Below are positions 19,701-27,392 of a stretch of 64,000 nucleotides of DNA, in pieces. Position 1 is the first letter of the stretch; each line of letters opens with the position of its first letter. The notes below the pieces were generated by a model. That model had not been told where the DNA came from, searched no databases, and was given only the letters and a program-made list of their open reading frames with translations. Both the position numbers and the translations under genes were made by a program. Source of the stretch: Mycobacterium sp. (GTDB taxonomy: Bacteria > Actinomycetota > Actinomycetes > Mycobacteriales > Mycobacteriaceae); the NCBI GenBank assembly GCA_025965895.1, contig JAOPWC010000127.1, forward strand, positions 16,037-80,036. Reading direction: 5' to 3'.

Positions 19701-20622
19701 ACTCGAGATATGGTCGCGACACCAGCTGGTCGAGTGAGTAGCCGAGGAGCTGCTGTAACGCGGGATTGACGCGGATCACGTGCTGCGGGTCGCTGATGCA
19801 CAGCAGGTCGGAGGACAGTTGGAAGAAGCGCGCCAGTTCCTCGCGACTTGCCTCGAGGTCGCTGTTGATCGCCTCACGCTCGAGCCCCTCCCGAAGCATT
19901 TCCTCAAGCGGTGGCGCGACCCGCGCCCGGATGCGGCGCAGGCTCGGGTCCGGCAGATCAGCCGGAACCAGCAGCGTGCCGAGCCGGTTCGCGCCGTCGC
20001 ACAGGGGTAGCGCCGTGCGGTTGGTGTCCGACGCCACCGCCCCGAGCTCCAGCGCCGCGAACCGCAGCCCGAGGGCGCGGGCCAGGTGGTCGGCGGCGGT
20101 GTCGAGTGCGCCGCGCAGGTCGGCGGCGCCCAGGATGACACGGGCCAACTCCGCGGCGAGGTGCGATTCCCGGCGACGCTGATCTGCTTCGGTCGCGTGG
20201 GCGCGAGCCAGGCCGGCGACGAAATTCGTGCACAGCGCCACCACCAGGAAGACGGCCGCGGCCACGCCGTTCTGCAGGCTGAACAGTGCGAACCCACCGG
20301 CGGGCCAGTTACGGAAGTAGGCAAAGGCCAGTGTGCTGGCCACCGACACGGCAACCGAGAGGCCCAGCCCCCACAGCGATGAAACCACCAAGACGCCGAG
20401 GAGATAGATCGTGCCGAACGACTGCGCCCCGTCGATCTGCTTCAGCAGCACCACCAGAAGTGTTTCCAGGGCAATGGCTACGGCGCCCACCACGATGCCG
20501 ACCGCAAGCGGAGGAGCCGTCGGCCTGAGCAACAACTTCAGCACGAGTGCGCGGGCGCCGCCGCCAACCGCCGAACGTCCGATCGATGTCCAGCCAGCCA
20601 GGGGTGACCCGCGCTTGGTCAC
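16741..20622 (-). CDS. Giant sensor histidine kinase: DUF4118-like membrane domain - GAF-like - PAS - 4 tandem GAF - HisKA_3 - HATPase_c
   Basis: 1293 aa, GTG start. KdpD-type TM block at residues about 30-140. PAS about 265-365. HisKA_3 box RRRLERDLHDGAQQRL. ATPase: VVAEALTNAAKHA...IRDDGVGG...GSGLIGLKDRIEALGGHIEVVSPQGSGTSL. Confidence 0.9.
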   Translation of the reverse strand: MTKRGSPLAGWTSIGRSAVGGGARALVLKLLLRPTAPPLAVGIVVGAVAIALETLLVVLLKQIDGAQSFGTIYLLGVLVVSSLWGLGLSVAVSVASTLAFAYFRNWPAGGFALFSLQNGVAAAVFLVVALCTNFVAGLARAHATEADQRRRESHLAAELARVILGAADLRGALDTAADHLARALGLRFAALELGAVASDTNRTALPLCDGANRLGTLLVPADLPDPSLRRIRARVAPPLEEMLREGLEREAINSDLEASREELARFFQLSSDLLCISDPQHVIRVNPALQQLLGYSLDQLVSRPYLELVVPEDRDRARETLERLPISADPVSVENRVICSDGSRRWIEWSVVWRRGLSYAVGRDVTERRGEQAQLRRAQAAVEASRDRLSVLAEQQAALRRVATLVARGASPSEVFSAVTDELARVLHVVNAGLLRYEPDDTGLVVAVQYEPGIAKMPATGERIPLVGDDVGARVLHTGLPARIDNHAKVSGPEAARIRAAAIGSIVGVPVVVTGRLWGAAIVGSVGPDPMPPDTEERICDFADLVATAIANAATRSELQDSRDELAVLAEQQAALRRVATLVARGAMPSEVFSAVADELAGWLHSANATVTRFDDDGTLVILALGRLDPRLKNIPLIGQRLSMEGDNLAVRVLDSGHAARMDSHENAPGPVSAQIRAMGLRGTVGAPIVVNGRVWGMVALGSQGPEPLPPDTELRIADFADLVATAVANAAARTDLQASRDSLSVLVTQQSALRAVATLVARGVSPSELFSAVAEEMARCLNVDNAEVFCYEDDGAAVVLASYAEAGEPHLSVGELVTLEGDNVAARVLRTSGAARMDDYATATGSLAERLRVMGVQCRVGAPIVVDGRVWGTAVVGTSQPEPLPLDTEGRIGDFADLVATAIANAATRAELQASRDELAALADQQAALRRVATLVARGVSPSEVFSTVADEMARFLDVGHAAVYRYDADDTLVPLAIYHHGGQKLPKGLRLTLAADNVAATVLRTGRTARIDRHDDAPGPHAGRIRGLGIHSAVGVPIVIDGRVWGAAVVGSLRPEPLSPDTEVRIADFADLVATAIANAATGAELIASRARIVAAADEARRRLERDLHDGAQQRLVSLGLQLRMAEDSMPPELQDHRRQLSEILSGVAAVSRDLQEISRGIHPAILSKGGLSPALKTLARRCAVPVNLDLTIDRRFADPVEVATYYVVAEALTNAAKHAQASEVSVSARTDDDNLYLSIRDDGVGGADARKGSGLIGLKDRIEALGGHIEVVSPQGSGTSLGITIPAHTP
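17350..19467 (-). repeat. Four tandem GAF-domain repeat units of about 530 bp inside the kinase gene (18937-19467, 18403-18936, 17875-18402, 17350-17874)
   Basis: Each unit starts RD(E/S/R)L(A/S)(V/A)L..QQ(A/S)ALR(R/A)VATLVARG..PSE(V/L)FS(A/T)V. Each ends PP/PL/SPDTE.RI.DFADLVATA(I/V)ANAA....L(Q/I)(A/D)S. Similarity is also visible at DNA level. Confidence 0.85.
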
Positions 20623-20636
20623 CAGAAAAGCTCACA

Positions 20637-23600
20637 TCAACCGTCGACCACATGCAACCCGTTTCCGCTCTGGATCAGCCCGAGATGACGCAGGTCGCTG
20701 ACGTATTTGTCGATCAGTTCGGCAGACAGGTGCGGGATGTCTTTATCCGGACCCACTTTGGCGGCCCGCACCGCGCCGTGAAACACCTCGGTCGGGGCGG
20801 CGGCGCCCCGGATCGGCTTCTCGGGTCTGGCGTACGCCTGGAGCAGGGGCAGGACCGATTCCTGGCGCTGCTTGTCCGGTAGCGCCCTCAGCACGGTTTC
20901 GAAACGCTCGAGCCAGCGCCGGTAGTCGTCGATCCTCTGAATCGCCTGGCCGCCCTCGACGAGCCAGTCCACGAAGGTGTCCAGTGAGATGCCGTCGTCG
21001 TAGGGGTTCATCACGTCGAACGAGCGGAACCCTTCGGTGCTCTGTGCGCCCAGCGTGGTGATCGCCTCGGCGACGAAATCGACGGGTAGCCCGTCGTAGT
21101 GTGCCCGGGGCCGCTCGCCCGACCCGCCGGTGTCGTAGAACGAGCTCGGCGCGATGCCGGTGGCCAGCAGGCTGAATATCAGCCTGGTGAACGCGTCGGG
21201 AACATTCAGCTGCCCGGCGTAGGTGCTGTGGGCGAGGATCATGTCGGAGCGGAACACCGCAACCGGCATGCCGCACAGGTCGTATGCCTCCCGCAACAGC
21301 ACCTCGCCTGCCCACTTGCTGTTCGCGTAGCCGTTGGCGTAGGTGTCGTCGATCGGGCGGACCGGACTGATCGCGCGGATATCGCCGTTCTCTGAAAAGT
21401 CATCGGGGGGGACTGTCATTGCGACCGCGACGCTGGAGAGGTAGCTGACCGGCTTGATTCTGGCGGTGATCGCCAGGCGGATCAGCTCCGCCGTCCCGAC
21501 GACGTTGGGACCGAACAGTTGGTCGTACGGAAGCACGTGGTTGACCAGCGCAGCGGGGTGAACGATCAGATCGACGTCGCGGGCCAGCCGCTTCCATGCC
21601 GCCGCGTCCAGGCCGAGGCTCGGCTCACCGATGTCCCCGGCGAGAACCTCGAGGTGATCGACGGCCAATTCCTTGAAGCGTCGCAGCAATGCGGGGTCAC
21701 CGCTGTCGAAGGCGCGCTCGAGCCGTCCCGTGGCCTGTGCCGCGTCGCCCCCTCGGACAATGGCGATCAGCGTCCCGCCCGTCTGTGACAACCGCTCCAG
21801 CCATTCCAGCGCCAGGAAGCGCCCGAGCCAGCCGTTCGCGCCGGTGAGCAGAACGGTGTGCGGTTCGGCGACGCCACGCGGCAGCGATTTGGCGTCAGCC
21901 AGTGTCTTGGCGTCGATGAACTTCTCCAGCGTCAATTCGCCCGCGTGGACCTCGGTGCTGCCGCGCCCGTGCACTGTCGCGAAGGTTGGCCGCGTGACCT
22001 GTGACCCCCCGCGGTGTCCTTCGACGTAATCCGCGAGTTTCTGAAGGGTGCTTGCCGGGCCGATGATGACCCCCACCGGCACCTCGACGCCGAACATGTC
22101 CTGCAGCAGATTGGAGAACGTCAGCGCCGAGAGCGAGTCGCCGCCGAGATCGGTGAAGTGCGCGTCGACGTCGATGTCGAGATCCGCCGATCCCAGCACC
22201 GCCCGTGCGGCACCGACGACCGTGCCGATCACCGGGCGTTCTGCGGCCGTCTCGCGCAGCACGCGCACCTCGTCCACCCGTGCGGCGGCAAGATCGGCGT
22301 ACATCTGCTCCAGCCGCTCGCCGTAGTGGTCCTTGAGCTTGGGCCGCAGTATTTTGCCCACGCCCGAGAGCAAGCCGTTGGCCGTGCTGAATGGATCGGT
22401 CTCGATCAGGAAGTCGGCAGGCACTTCATAGGACTGAAGCTCGGCCAGCCCGGCCGTTTCGCGAAGCGATTCAGCCAGCGCCGTCTTCAGCGCAGCGGTG
22501 TCGTCGCCGAACTTCTCCAGCGCATCCGGGGTGGGAACGATGACCGCGAGGAGGTAGGACCGTTCGCTGTTGCCGTATACGAATATCTGGCGGACGAGCG
22601 GCGCCGCCGCGAGCACCGCCTCGAGGTTGGCGACAGCGACGAACTCGCCCTGCGCGAGCTTCAAGACGTTCTTGCTCCGGTCGACGTAGACGAGGTGATC
22701 CGGTGCGATCTCGGCCATCACGTCGCCGGTGTGATAGTAGCCGTCGGCGTCGAACACCTCGGCGGTCACTTGGGGCCGTTTGTAGTAGCCCGGTGACACC
22801 GTTTCGGACTTGACGAGCAACTCGCCCCGCGGGTGGGGCTGGTCGGTGAGGAAGTAGCCCAGCTCCGGAACGTCGACGAGCTTGTAGTCGATCACCGGCG
22901 GACGGGTGATGACGCCGTCCCGGTAAACCGCCCCGACCTCCGTCGCGCCGTAGCCATCGGCCACATGCACATCCAGGCACGAATCGATGAACCCCTTCAT
23001 CTCGTCGGCCAGGGGTGCGGTTCCGACGAACCCGTCGAGCACGCGGCCACCCAGGACATGCTCCCGCAGCTCGTTCTCCGCCTCGCGGCGCGCGACAGCC
23101 GCGTCGGCACCCATGCTCACGCGGCGGTCCACCGCGCTGCGATAGCGCTGGAACAGCATATCGACGACGCGCGGCACGAGCCCCATTTCCGTGGGACGCA
23201 CCAGCGCCCAGTCCTCGAACAGCGTCGACAGATCGGATTCGGGAACGAAATAACTTGTGCCGCCCGCACGGAACGACGACACCAGCGGCAACCGGCCGCC
23301 CAGGTGGTTCATCGGCATGAAATTCACATTGAATACCGGTATCCCGGATTCACGCGTGAACGCCGAGGCGGTCCAGAGCTTGGCGACGATCCGCTCGGTG
23401 TACATGGCGCCCTTCGGCGTCCCGGTGCTTCCGGAGGTGTACATGATCATCGCCAGCCGCTCGTCGGTGCCTGCGGTGTAAACGGGTTCGGCCGGCAGCG
23501 CTTCGCCGCGCTCGACGACGTCGGAGAGTGTGTCGATGACCACCGCCATGCCGGCATCCTGCAGACGGGTGCGTGCCCGCTCCAGGTTCTCGCGGTGGTC

Positions 23601-24236
23601 ATCGACCCCGGGCTGGTAGTCGAAGACGAGCAGATGGCGCAGCGACCCGCTGCCGAGAGCGGCTTCGACGGCAAGATCCAGGTACGGGGCGCTCACCGCG
23701 ATGACCCGCGGCTCGGCCTCGTCGATGATCGGCTTCAACTGCGACACGGGCGCGTTGTGCTGCAGCGGCACCGAGACCAGGCCCAGGTGGGCACACGCCA
23801 GATCGACGGTCAGGTAGTCAGGACTGGCAAAACCGATCGTGGCCACGAAATCGCCCGCATTGAGCGGTTGAGTCGGATGGTGCCGCCAGGCGGAAGCGAT
23901 CGCGGTCACGCGCTGCCCCAGCTCCCGGTAGGTGATTGTCTCGAACCGCGGCAGCAGCTGCGCCGATGTGCGTCCGGTCGCCGGATCTGTCGTCAACACT
24001 CGGGAGCGCTGCCCGAGCGCCGGCCGGTCTGCGTATCCGTCCATGAACGTCTGCAGGATCTGCGCGAGCCGCAGGCCGGGCTGGCGCGCCGCCGCGATCA
24101 CCTCGGGATCGGGCCTGGCGGCGGCAAACTGCGGGTCGGTCGCATACAGGTCGTCGGCGCGGCGCGCAAGTCGCTCGGCTCGATTGCGGCTCACATCGTC
24201 GGGGGTACCGACACCAGCCTGTACATGGGTCGTCAT
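20637..24236 (-). CDS. car: Carboxylic acid reductase (adenylation - PCP - thioester reductase; FadD9/CAR family)
   Basis: 1199 aa. [12 protein letters not shown]. Carrier motif [14 protein letters not shown](P) motif [18 protein letters not shown]. Confidence 0.92.
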   Translation of the reverse strand: MTTHVQAGVGTPDDVSRNRAERLARRADDLYATDPQFAAARPDPEVIAAARQPGLRLAQILQTFMDGYADRPALGQRSRVLTTDPATGRTSAQLLPRFETITYRELGQRVTAIASAWRHHPTQPLNAGDFVATIGFASPDYLTVDLACAHLGLVSVPLQHNAPVSQLKPIIDEAEPRVIAVSAPYLDLAVEAALGSGSLRHLLVFDYQPGVDDHRENLERARTRLQDAGMAVVIDTLSDVVERGEALPAEPVYTAGTDERLAMIMYTSGSTGTPKGAMYTERIVAKLWTASAFTRESGIPVFNVNFMPMNHLGGRLPLVSSFRAGGTSYFVPESDLSTLFEDWALVRPTEMGLVPRVVDMLFQRYRSAVDRRVSMGADAAVARREAENELREHVLGGRVLDGFVGTAPLADEMKGFIDSCLDVHVADGYGATEVGAVYRDGVITRPPVIDYKLVDVPELGYFLTDQPHPRGELLVKSETVSPGYYKRPQVTAEVFDADGYYHTGDVMAEIAPDHLVYVDRSKNVLKLAQGEFVAVANLEAVLAAAPLVRQIFVYGNSERSYLLAVIVPTPDALEKFGDDTAALKTALAESLRETAGLAELQSYEVPADFLIETDPFSTANGLLSGVGKILRPKLKDHYGERLEQMYADLAAARVDEVRVLRETAAERPVIGTVVGAARAVLGSADLDIDVDAHFTDLGGDSLSALTFSNLLQDMFGVEVPVGVIIGPASTLQKLADYVEGHRGGSQVTRPTFATVHGRGSTEVHAGELTLEKFIDAKTLADAKSLPRGVAEPHTVLLTGANGWLGRFLALEWLERLSQTGGTLIAIVRGGDAAQATGRLERAFDSGDPALLRRFKELAVDHLEVLAGDIGEPSLGLDAAAWKRLARDVDLIVHPAALVNHVLPYDQLFGPNVVGTAELIRLAITARIKPVSYLSSVAVAMTVPPDDFSENGDIRAISPVRPIDDTYANGYANSKWAGEVLLREAYDLCGMPVAVFRSDMILAHSTYAGQLNVPDAFTRLIFSLLATGIAPSSFYDTGGSGERPRAHYDGLPVDFVAEAITTLGAQSTEGFRSFDVMNPYDDGISLDTFVDWLVEGGQAIQRIDDYRRWLERFETVLRALPDKQRQESVLPLLQAYARPEKPIRGAAAPTEVFHGAVRAAKVGPDKDIPHLSAELIDKYVSDLRHLGLIQSGNGLHVVDG

Positions 24237-24489
24237 GGGGCAGCCTTTCGGTCAACGCGTCTCCTTCTCAAACCCCCGCCGCGCCTTGTCGTTTCCGCCT
24301 GGCGGGTGTGAGTGTCGACACACAGGGTCCGCACAGGGGTGCCCGCCCGGTGCTACCGGTAGCGATGTGCGCACGACGTGCAGTCAAGAACGCCAGGTAG
24401 CAGGGGTAAACGTTGGGCGCCAGCGGCAGCGACGGCAGTTTGCCCGCACGAGATTCTTGGAGATGAGACCGCAAGATCAGGAGGACGTG

Positions 24490-24726
24490 ATGAGGCAGCG
24501 GAGCGACCCGGATCAACTGGTGTTCGTGTTCGACGTGACCTCCGACGAGATGCGTCGGCGCAGCGCCATATTCCACGCGATCGGAGACGACTGGAATCCG
24601 GCCGAGGCGCTGGCGCAGGAGGACCGGGCCTACGAAATGCTGTACTCCGGCCTCGACGCCGAACAACGGCGGATCCATGACGAGTTGGTGAGGGCGGGGG
24701 TCCTCCCCCCAAGGGCGGATCGCTAA
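24490..24726 (+). CDS. Hypothetical 78-aa protein
   Basis: AGGAGGA lies just before the ATG. Good GC3. No recognisable motif. Confidence 0.45.
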   Translation: MRQRSDPDQLVFVFDVTSDEMRRRSAIFHAIGDDWNPAEALAQEDRAYEMLYSGLDAEQRRIHDELVRAGVLPPRADR

Positions 24727-24760
24727 CTGGCTGCCGCCGTAGCCATTCGGACAATCAGGC

Positions 24761-24776
24761 GCAACATTTCGGAAAC
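24761..24776 (+). promoter_or_regulatory. Candidate GlnR-type box GCAAC-n6-GAAAC upstream of the nitrate reductase gene
   Basis: GCAACATTTCGGAAAC. Flanked by the direct repeat CATTCGGACAATC / CATTTCGGAAACATC. Matches the actinobacterial GnAAC-n6-GnAAC half-pattern only. Confidence 0.3.
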
Positions 24777-24889
24777 ATCGCATCTCTAGCTTGGCCATTA
24801 GGCGGCAGTGCTGATGGGGGTGTCATGGAGCGTAGGGGCAAATCGGGCCCCCGGGGGCTGCGCTGCGCCTTCGCCGGGTAGCGGTCTTC

Positions 24890-26998
24890 ATGAGTTCATC
24901 ACCGGTCAAGACGCATTGTCCGTACTGCTCACTGCAATGCGGGATCACCCTCGACGTGTCCACCGATCCCGTCACGCTTGCCCCGCAGGACGACTTCCCG
25001 ACCAATCGGGGCGGCTTGTGTGCGAAGGGGTGGACGGCGGCCGAGCTCTTAGGCCACCCCGAGCGGTTGACTCGGCCGCTGGTGCGCGACAGCCGCACAT
25101 CTGCGTTGCGTCCGGCGGCATGGGATGAGGCGCTGGAGCGGATCGTCGACGCGTTCCAGGTCGCTCAGCGGGTGTCCGGACGTCACGCGGTGGGCTGCTT
25201 CGGCGGCGGCGGCCTGACGAATGAGAAGGCTTATCAGTTAGGAAAATTCGCCCGTGTAGCGTTACGAACCTCGGCCATCGACTACAATGGCCGGTTCTGC
25301 ATGTCGTCGGCGGCGGCAGCGTCGATCCGCTCGTTCGGAATCGACCGCGGCATGCCCTTCCCGCTGACCGACATCGCGCACGCCGACGTGATACTTCTCG
25401 TCGGCGGCAACCCCGCCGACACACTGCCGCCGGCGATGCAGTTCTTCGAGAAAGGCCGCGCGCGGGGGGCTGTGCACATCGTCGTCGACCCCAGGCGCAC
25501 CGCGACCGCCCGCACCGCGGATCTGCACCTGCAACCGGTGCCCGGCACGGACCTGGCGCTGGCCAACGGCATACTCAACGTCGCCATCCGCGAACACCTC
25601 ATCGATGACACGTACATTGCGGAGCGGACAACCGGATTCGAGGCGGTCCGCCGGGCCGTGCGGCTGTACTGGCCGGATCGGGTCGAGCGGATCAGCGGGG
25701 TGGCCGAAACTGACATCGTCGCCGCGGCCCGGCTCCTGGCCGGCGCGCAGCGGGCGATGGTCCTGACGGCCCGTGGCGCGGAGCAGCACAGCTCCGGGAC
25801 CGACACCGTCCAGGCGTTCATCAACCTGGCCCTGGCGCTGGGGCTGCCCGGCAGCCGGTATTCGGGTTTTGCCACGATCACCGGCCAGGGCAACGGCCAG
25901 GGCGGTCGCGAGCACGGCCAGAAGGCAGATCAGTTGCCGGGGTATCGGAAACTCGACGACCCCGTCGCGCGTGCCCATGTCGCGGCGATCTGGGGCGTCG
26001 ATCCCGGCGATCTGCCGTTACCGGGGCGGTCAGCCTACGAAATGCTCGACGGCATCGGCACTCCGGCAGGTGTGCGCGCGCTGTGGGTGATGGCGTCCAA
26101 TATCGCTGTCTCGGCACCGCGCTCGCGGCACATTGCCGACAAATTGGGGCAGCTCGACTTCCTGGTCGTTTCCGACATCTTCCTTTCAGAAACGGCGGCC
26201 ATGGCCGACGTCGTGTTGCCGACCGCCCAGTGGGCCGAGGAGTCGGGCACGATGACCAATCTGGAGGGCCGCGTGATTCTGCGGCGGCAGGCGACATCAC
26301 CTCCCGGGGAGGTGCGTACCGACCTCGACGTGATGGCCGACCTTGCTAAAAGACTTGGTGCTCAGGGTTTCTCGGCTGACGCGGACGAAGTGTTCGACGA
26401 GTTGACGCGAGCGAGCCGGGGCGGCAGCGCCGACTACGCCGGCATCACATACGAACGGATCGCCGCCGGGAGCGGCGTGTTCTGGCCGTGCCCGTCGCCT
26501 CGGCATCCGGGCACGCCCCGGCCTTTCACCGAGGACTTTCCGACGCCTGATCGACGAGCACATTTTCATGCCGTCGAGCAGCGTGGTGCCGCAGAGCAGC
26601 CCGACGAGCAGTTCCCCTACTACCTGACGACGGGGCGACTGCTCCGGCAGTACCAGTCGGGCACCCAGACACGCCGGGTGGGATCGCTGTTGGAGGCGGA
26701 ACCGGAGCCGGTGGCTCAGATCCATGCCGACCTGGCCCGCCGCATCGGGGTCGCGGATGGCGACACGGTGCGACTGGCGACTCGGCGCGGCGAAGCGGTC
26801 ATGGCGGTACGCATCGTCCCCGGCATCCGGCCCGATACCGTGTTCGCGCCGTTTCACTGGGGTGGATCGGGAAATGTCAACCAGCTGACCAATCCCGTGC
26901 TCGACGAGCACTCCCGAATGCCCGAGTTCAAAGTGTGCGCGGTCGCCGTCGCCCGCGTCGACGTACCCGGTTCGACCGAGGAAGGTGCCACCGCATGA
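24890..26998 (+). CDS. nasA: Assimilatory nitrate reductase catalytic subunit (molybdopterin oxidoreductase, NasA/NarB type)
   Basis: N-terminal 4Fe-4S CPYCSLQCG. MGD-binding domains. Cluster context with nirBD/narK. Confidence 0.88.
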   Translation: MSSSPVKTHCPYCSLQCGITLDVSTDPVTLAPQDDFPTNRGGLCAKGWTAAELLGHPERLTRPLVRDSRTSALRPAAWDEALERIVDAFQVAQRVSGRHAVGCFGGGGLTNEKAYQLGKFARVALRTSAIDYNGRFCMSSAAAASIRSFGIDRGMPFPLTDIAHADVILLVGGNPADTLPPAMQFFEKGRARGAVHIVVDPRRTATARTADLHLQPVPGTDLALANGILNVAIREHLIDDTYIAERTTGFEAVRRAVRLYWPDRVERISGVAETDIVAAARLLAGAQRAMVLTARGAEQHSSGTDTVQAFINLALALGLPGSRYSGFATITGQGNGQGGREHGQKADQLPGYRKLDDPVARAHVAAIWGVDPGDLPLPGRSAYEMLDGIGTPAGVRALWVMASNIAVSAPRSRHIADKLGQLDFLVVSDIFLSETAAMADVVLPTAQWAEESGTMTNLEGRVILRRQATSPPGEVRTDLDVMADLAKRLGAQGFSADADEVFDELTRASRGGSADYAGITYERIAAGSGVFWPCPSPRHPGTPRPFTEDFPTPDRRAHFHAVEQRGAAEQPDEQFPYYLTTGRLLRQYQSGTQTRRVGSLLEAEPEPVAQIHADLARRIGVADGDTVRLATRRGEAVMAVRIVPGIRPDTVFAPFHWGGSGNVNQLTNPVLDEHSRMPEFKVCAVAVARVDVPGSTEEGATA

Positions 26999-27348
26999 AT
27001 GACAGCAGCGTGCCCCAGTTCCTGCAGGGATTCTTCACGTTCGAGGGCAAGGGTTTCGACGCACCGTTGCTGCTCGACCCGGCACTGCGCTACGTCGTCC
27101 CCGCGGGGGCGACCACCCAGCCCGTCTACTTTCGCGGCGGCAACAGCTCCACCGAGATGATCACCGTCGTCCTGATGCGCGACGGCGTCCCGATGCGCTA
27201 CTTCCCGATCGCGGCGAAAGGGTCGGTGCATGTGTCGCTTCGGGTTGTCGAGGACCTACTCGCCGACACGGTTCTCGAAGTCTTCATCGCCGCCCCGGCC
27301 GAGGCCATCGGCACCGTCGTCGTCGATCTTGGCCTGATTGAAATCTGA
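26995..27348 (+). CDS. Hypothetical 117-aa protein translationally coupled to nasA
   Basis: ATGA overlap with the nasA stop. High GC3. Beta-rich sequence MNDSSVPQFLQGFFTFEGKGFDAPLLLDPALRYVVPAG... Confidence 0.55.
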   Translation: MNDSSVPQFLQGFFTFEGKGFDAPLLLDPALRYVVPAGATTQPVYFRGGNSSTEMITVVLMRDGVPMRYFPIAAKGSVHVSLRVVEDLLADTVLEVFIAAPAEAIGTVVVDLGLIEI

Positions 27349-27351
27349 GCT

Positions 27352-27389
27352 TTCTCACTGCAAAGGACATCTCTCACTGCGAAGGACAT
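27352..27389 (+). repeat. Perfectly adjacent 19-bp tandem direct repeat (TTCTCACTGCAAAGGACAT / CTCTCACTGCGAAGGACAT) ending 3 nt before the nirB ATG
   Basis: Read directly, 17/19 identical. Each copy carries an AAGGA Shine-Dalgarno-like core. Confidence 0.8.
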
Positions 27390-27392
27390 TGC

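Noticed and set aside
22833-24311. 492-aa plus-strand ORF and other long ORFs antisense to CAR, the kinase, nirB, thrS and secD
   Set aside because: All lie opposite genes with strong domain evidence and have low-complexity Arg/Gly/Pro/Asp-rich translations.
24847-24858. GCCCCCGGGGGC perfect palindrome
   Set aside because: It has no loop, so it is not a hairpin by itself. Short GC palindromes are frequent by chance at this GC content.
24826-24882. 18-codon uORF (MERRGKSGPRGLRCAFAG) in the nasA leader
   Set aside because: There is no Shine-Dalgarno sequence, the composition is unremarkable, and it could easily arise by chance.
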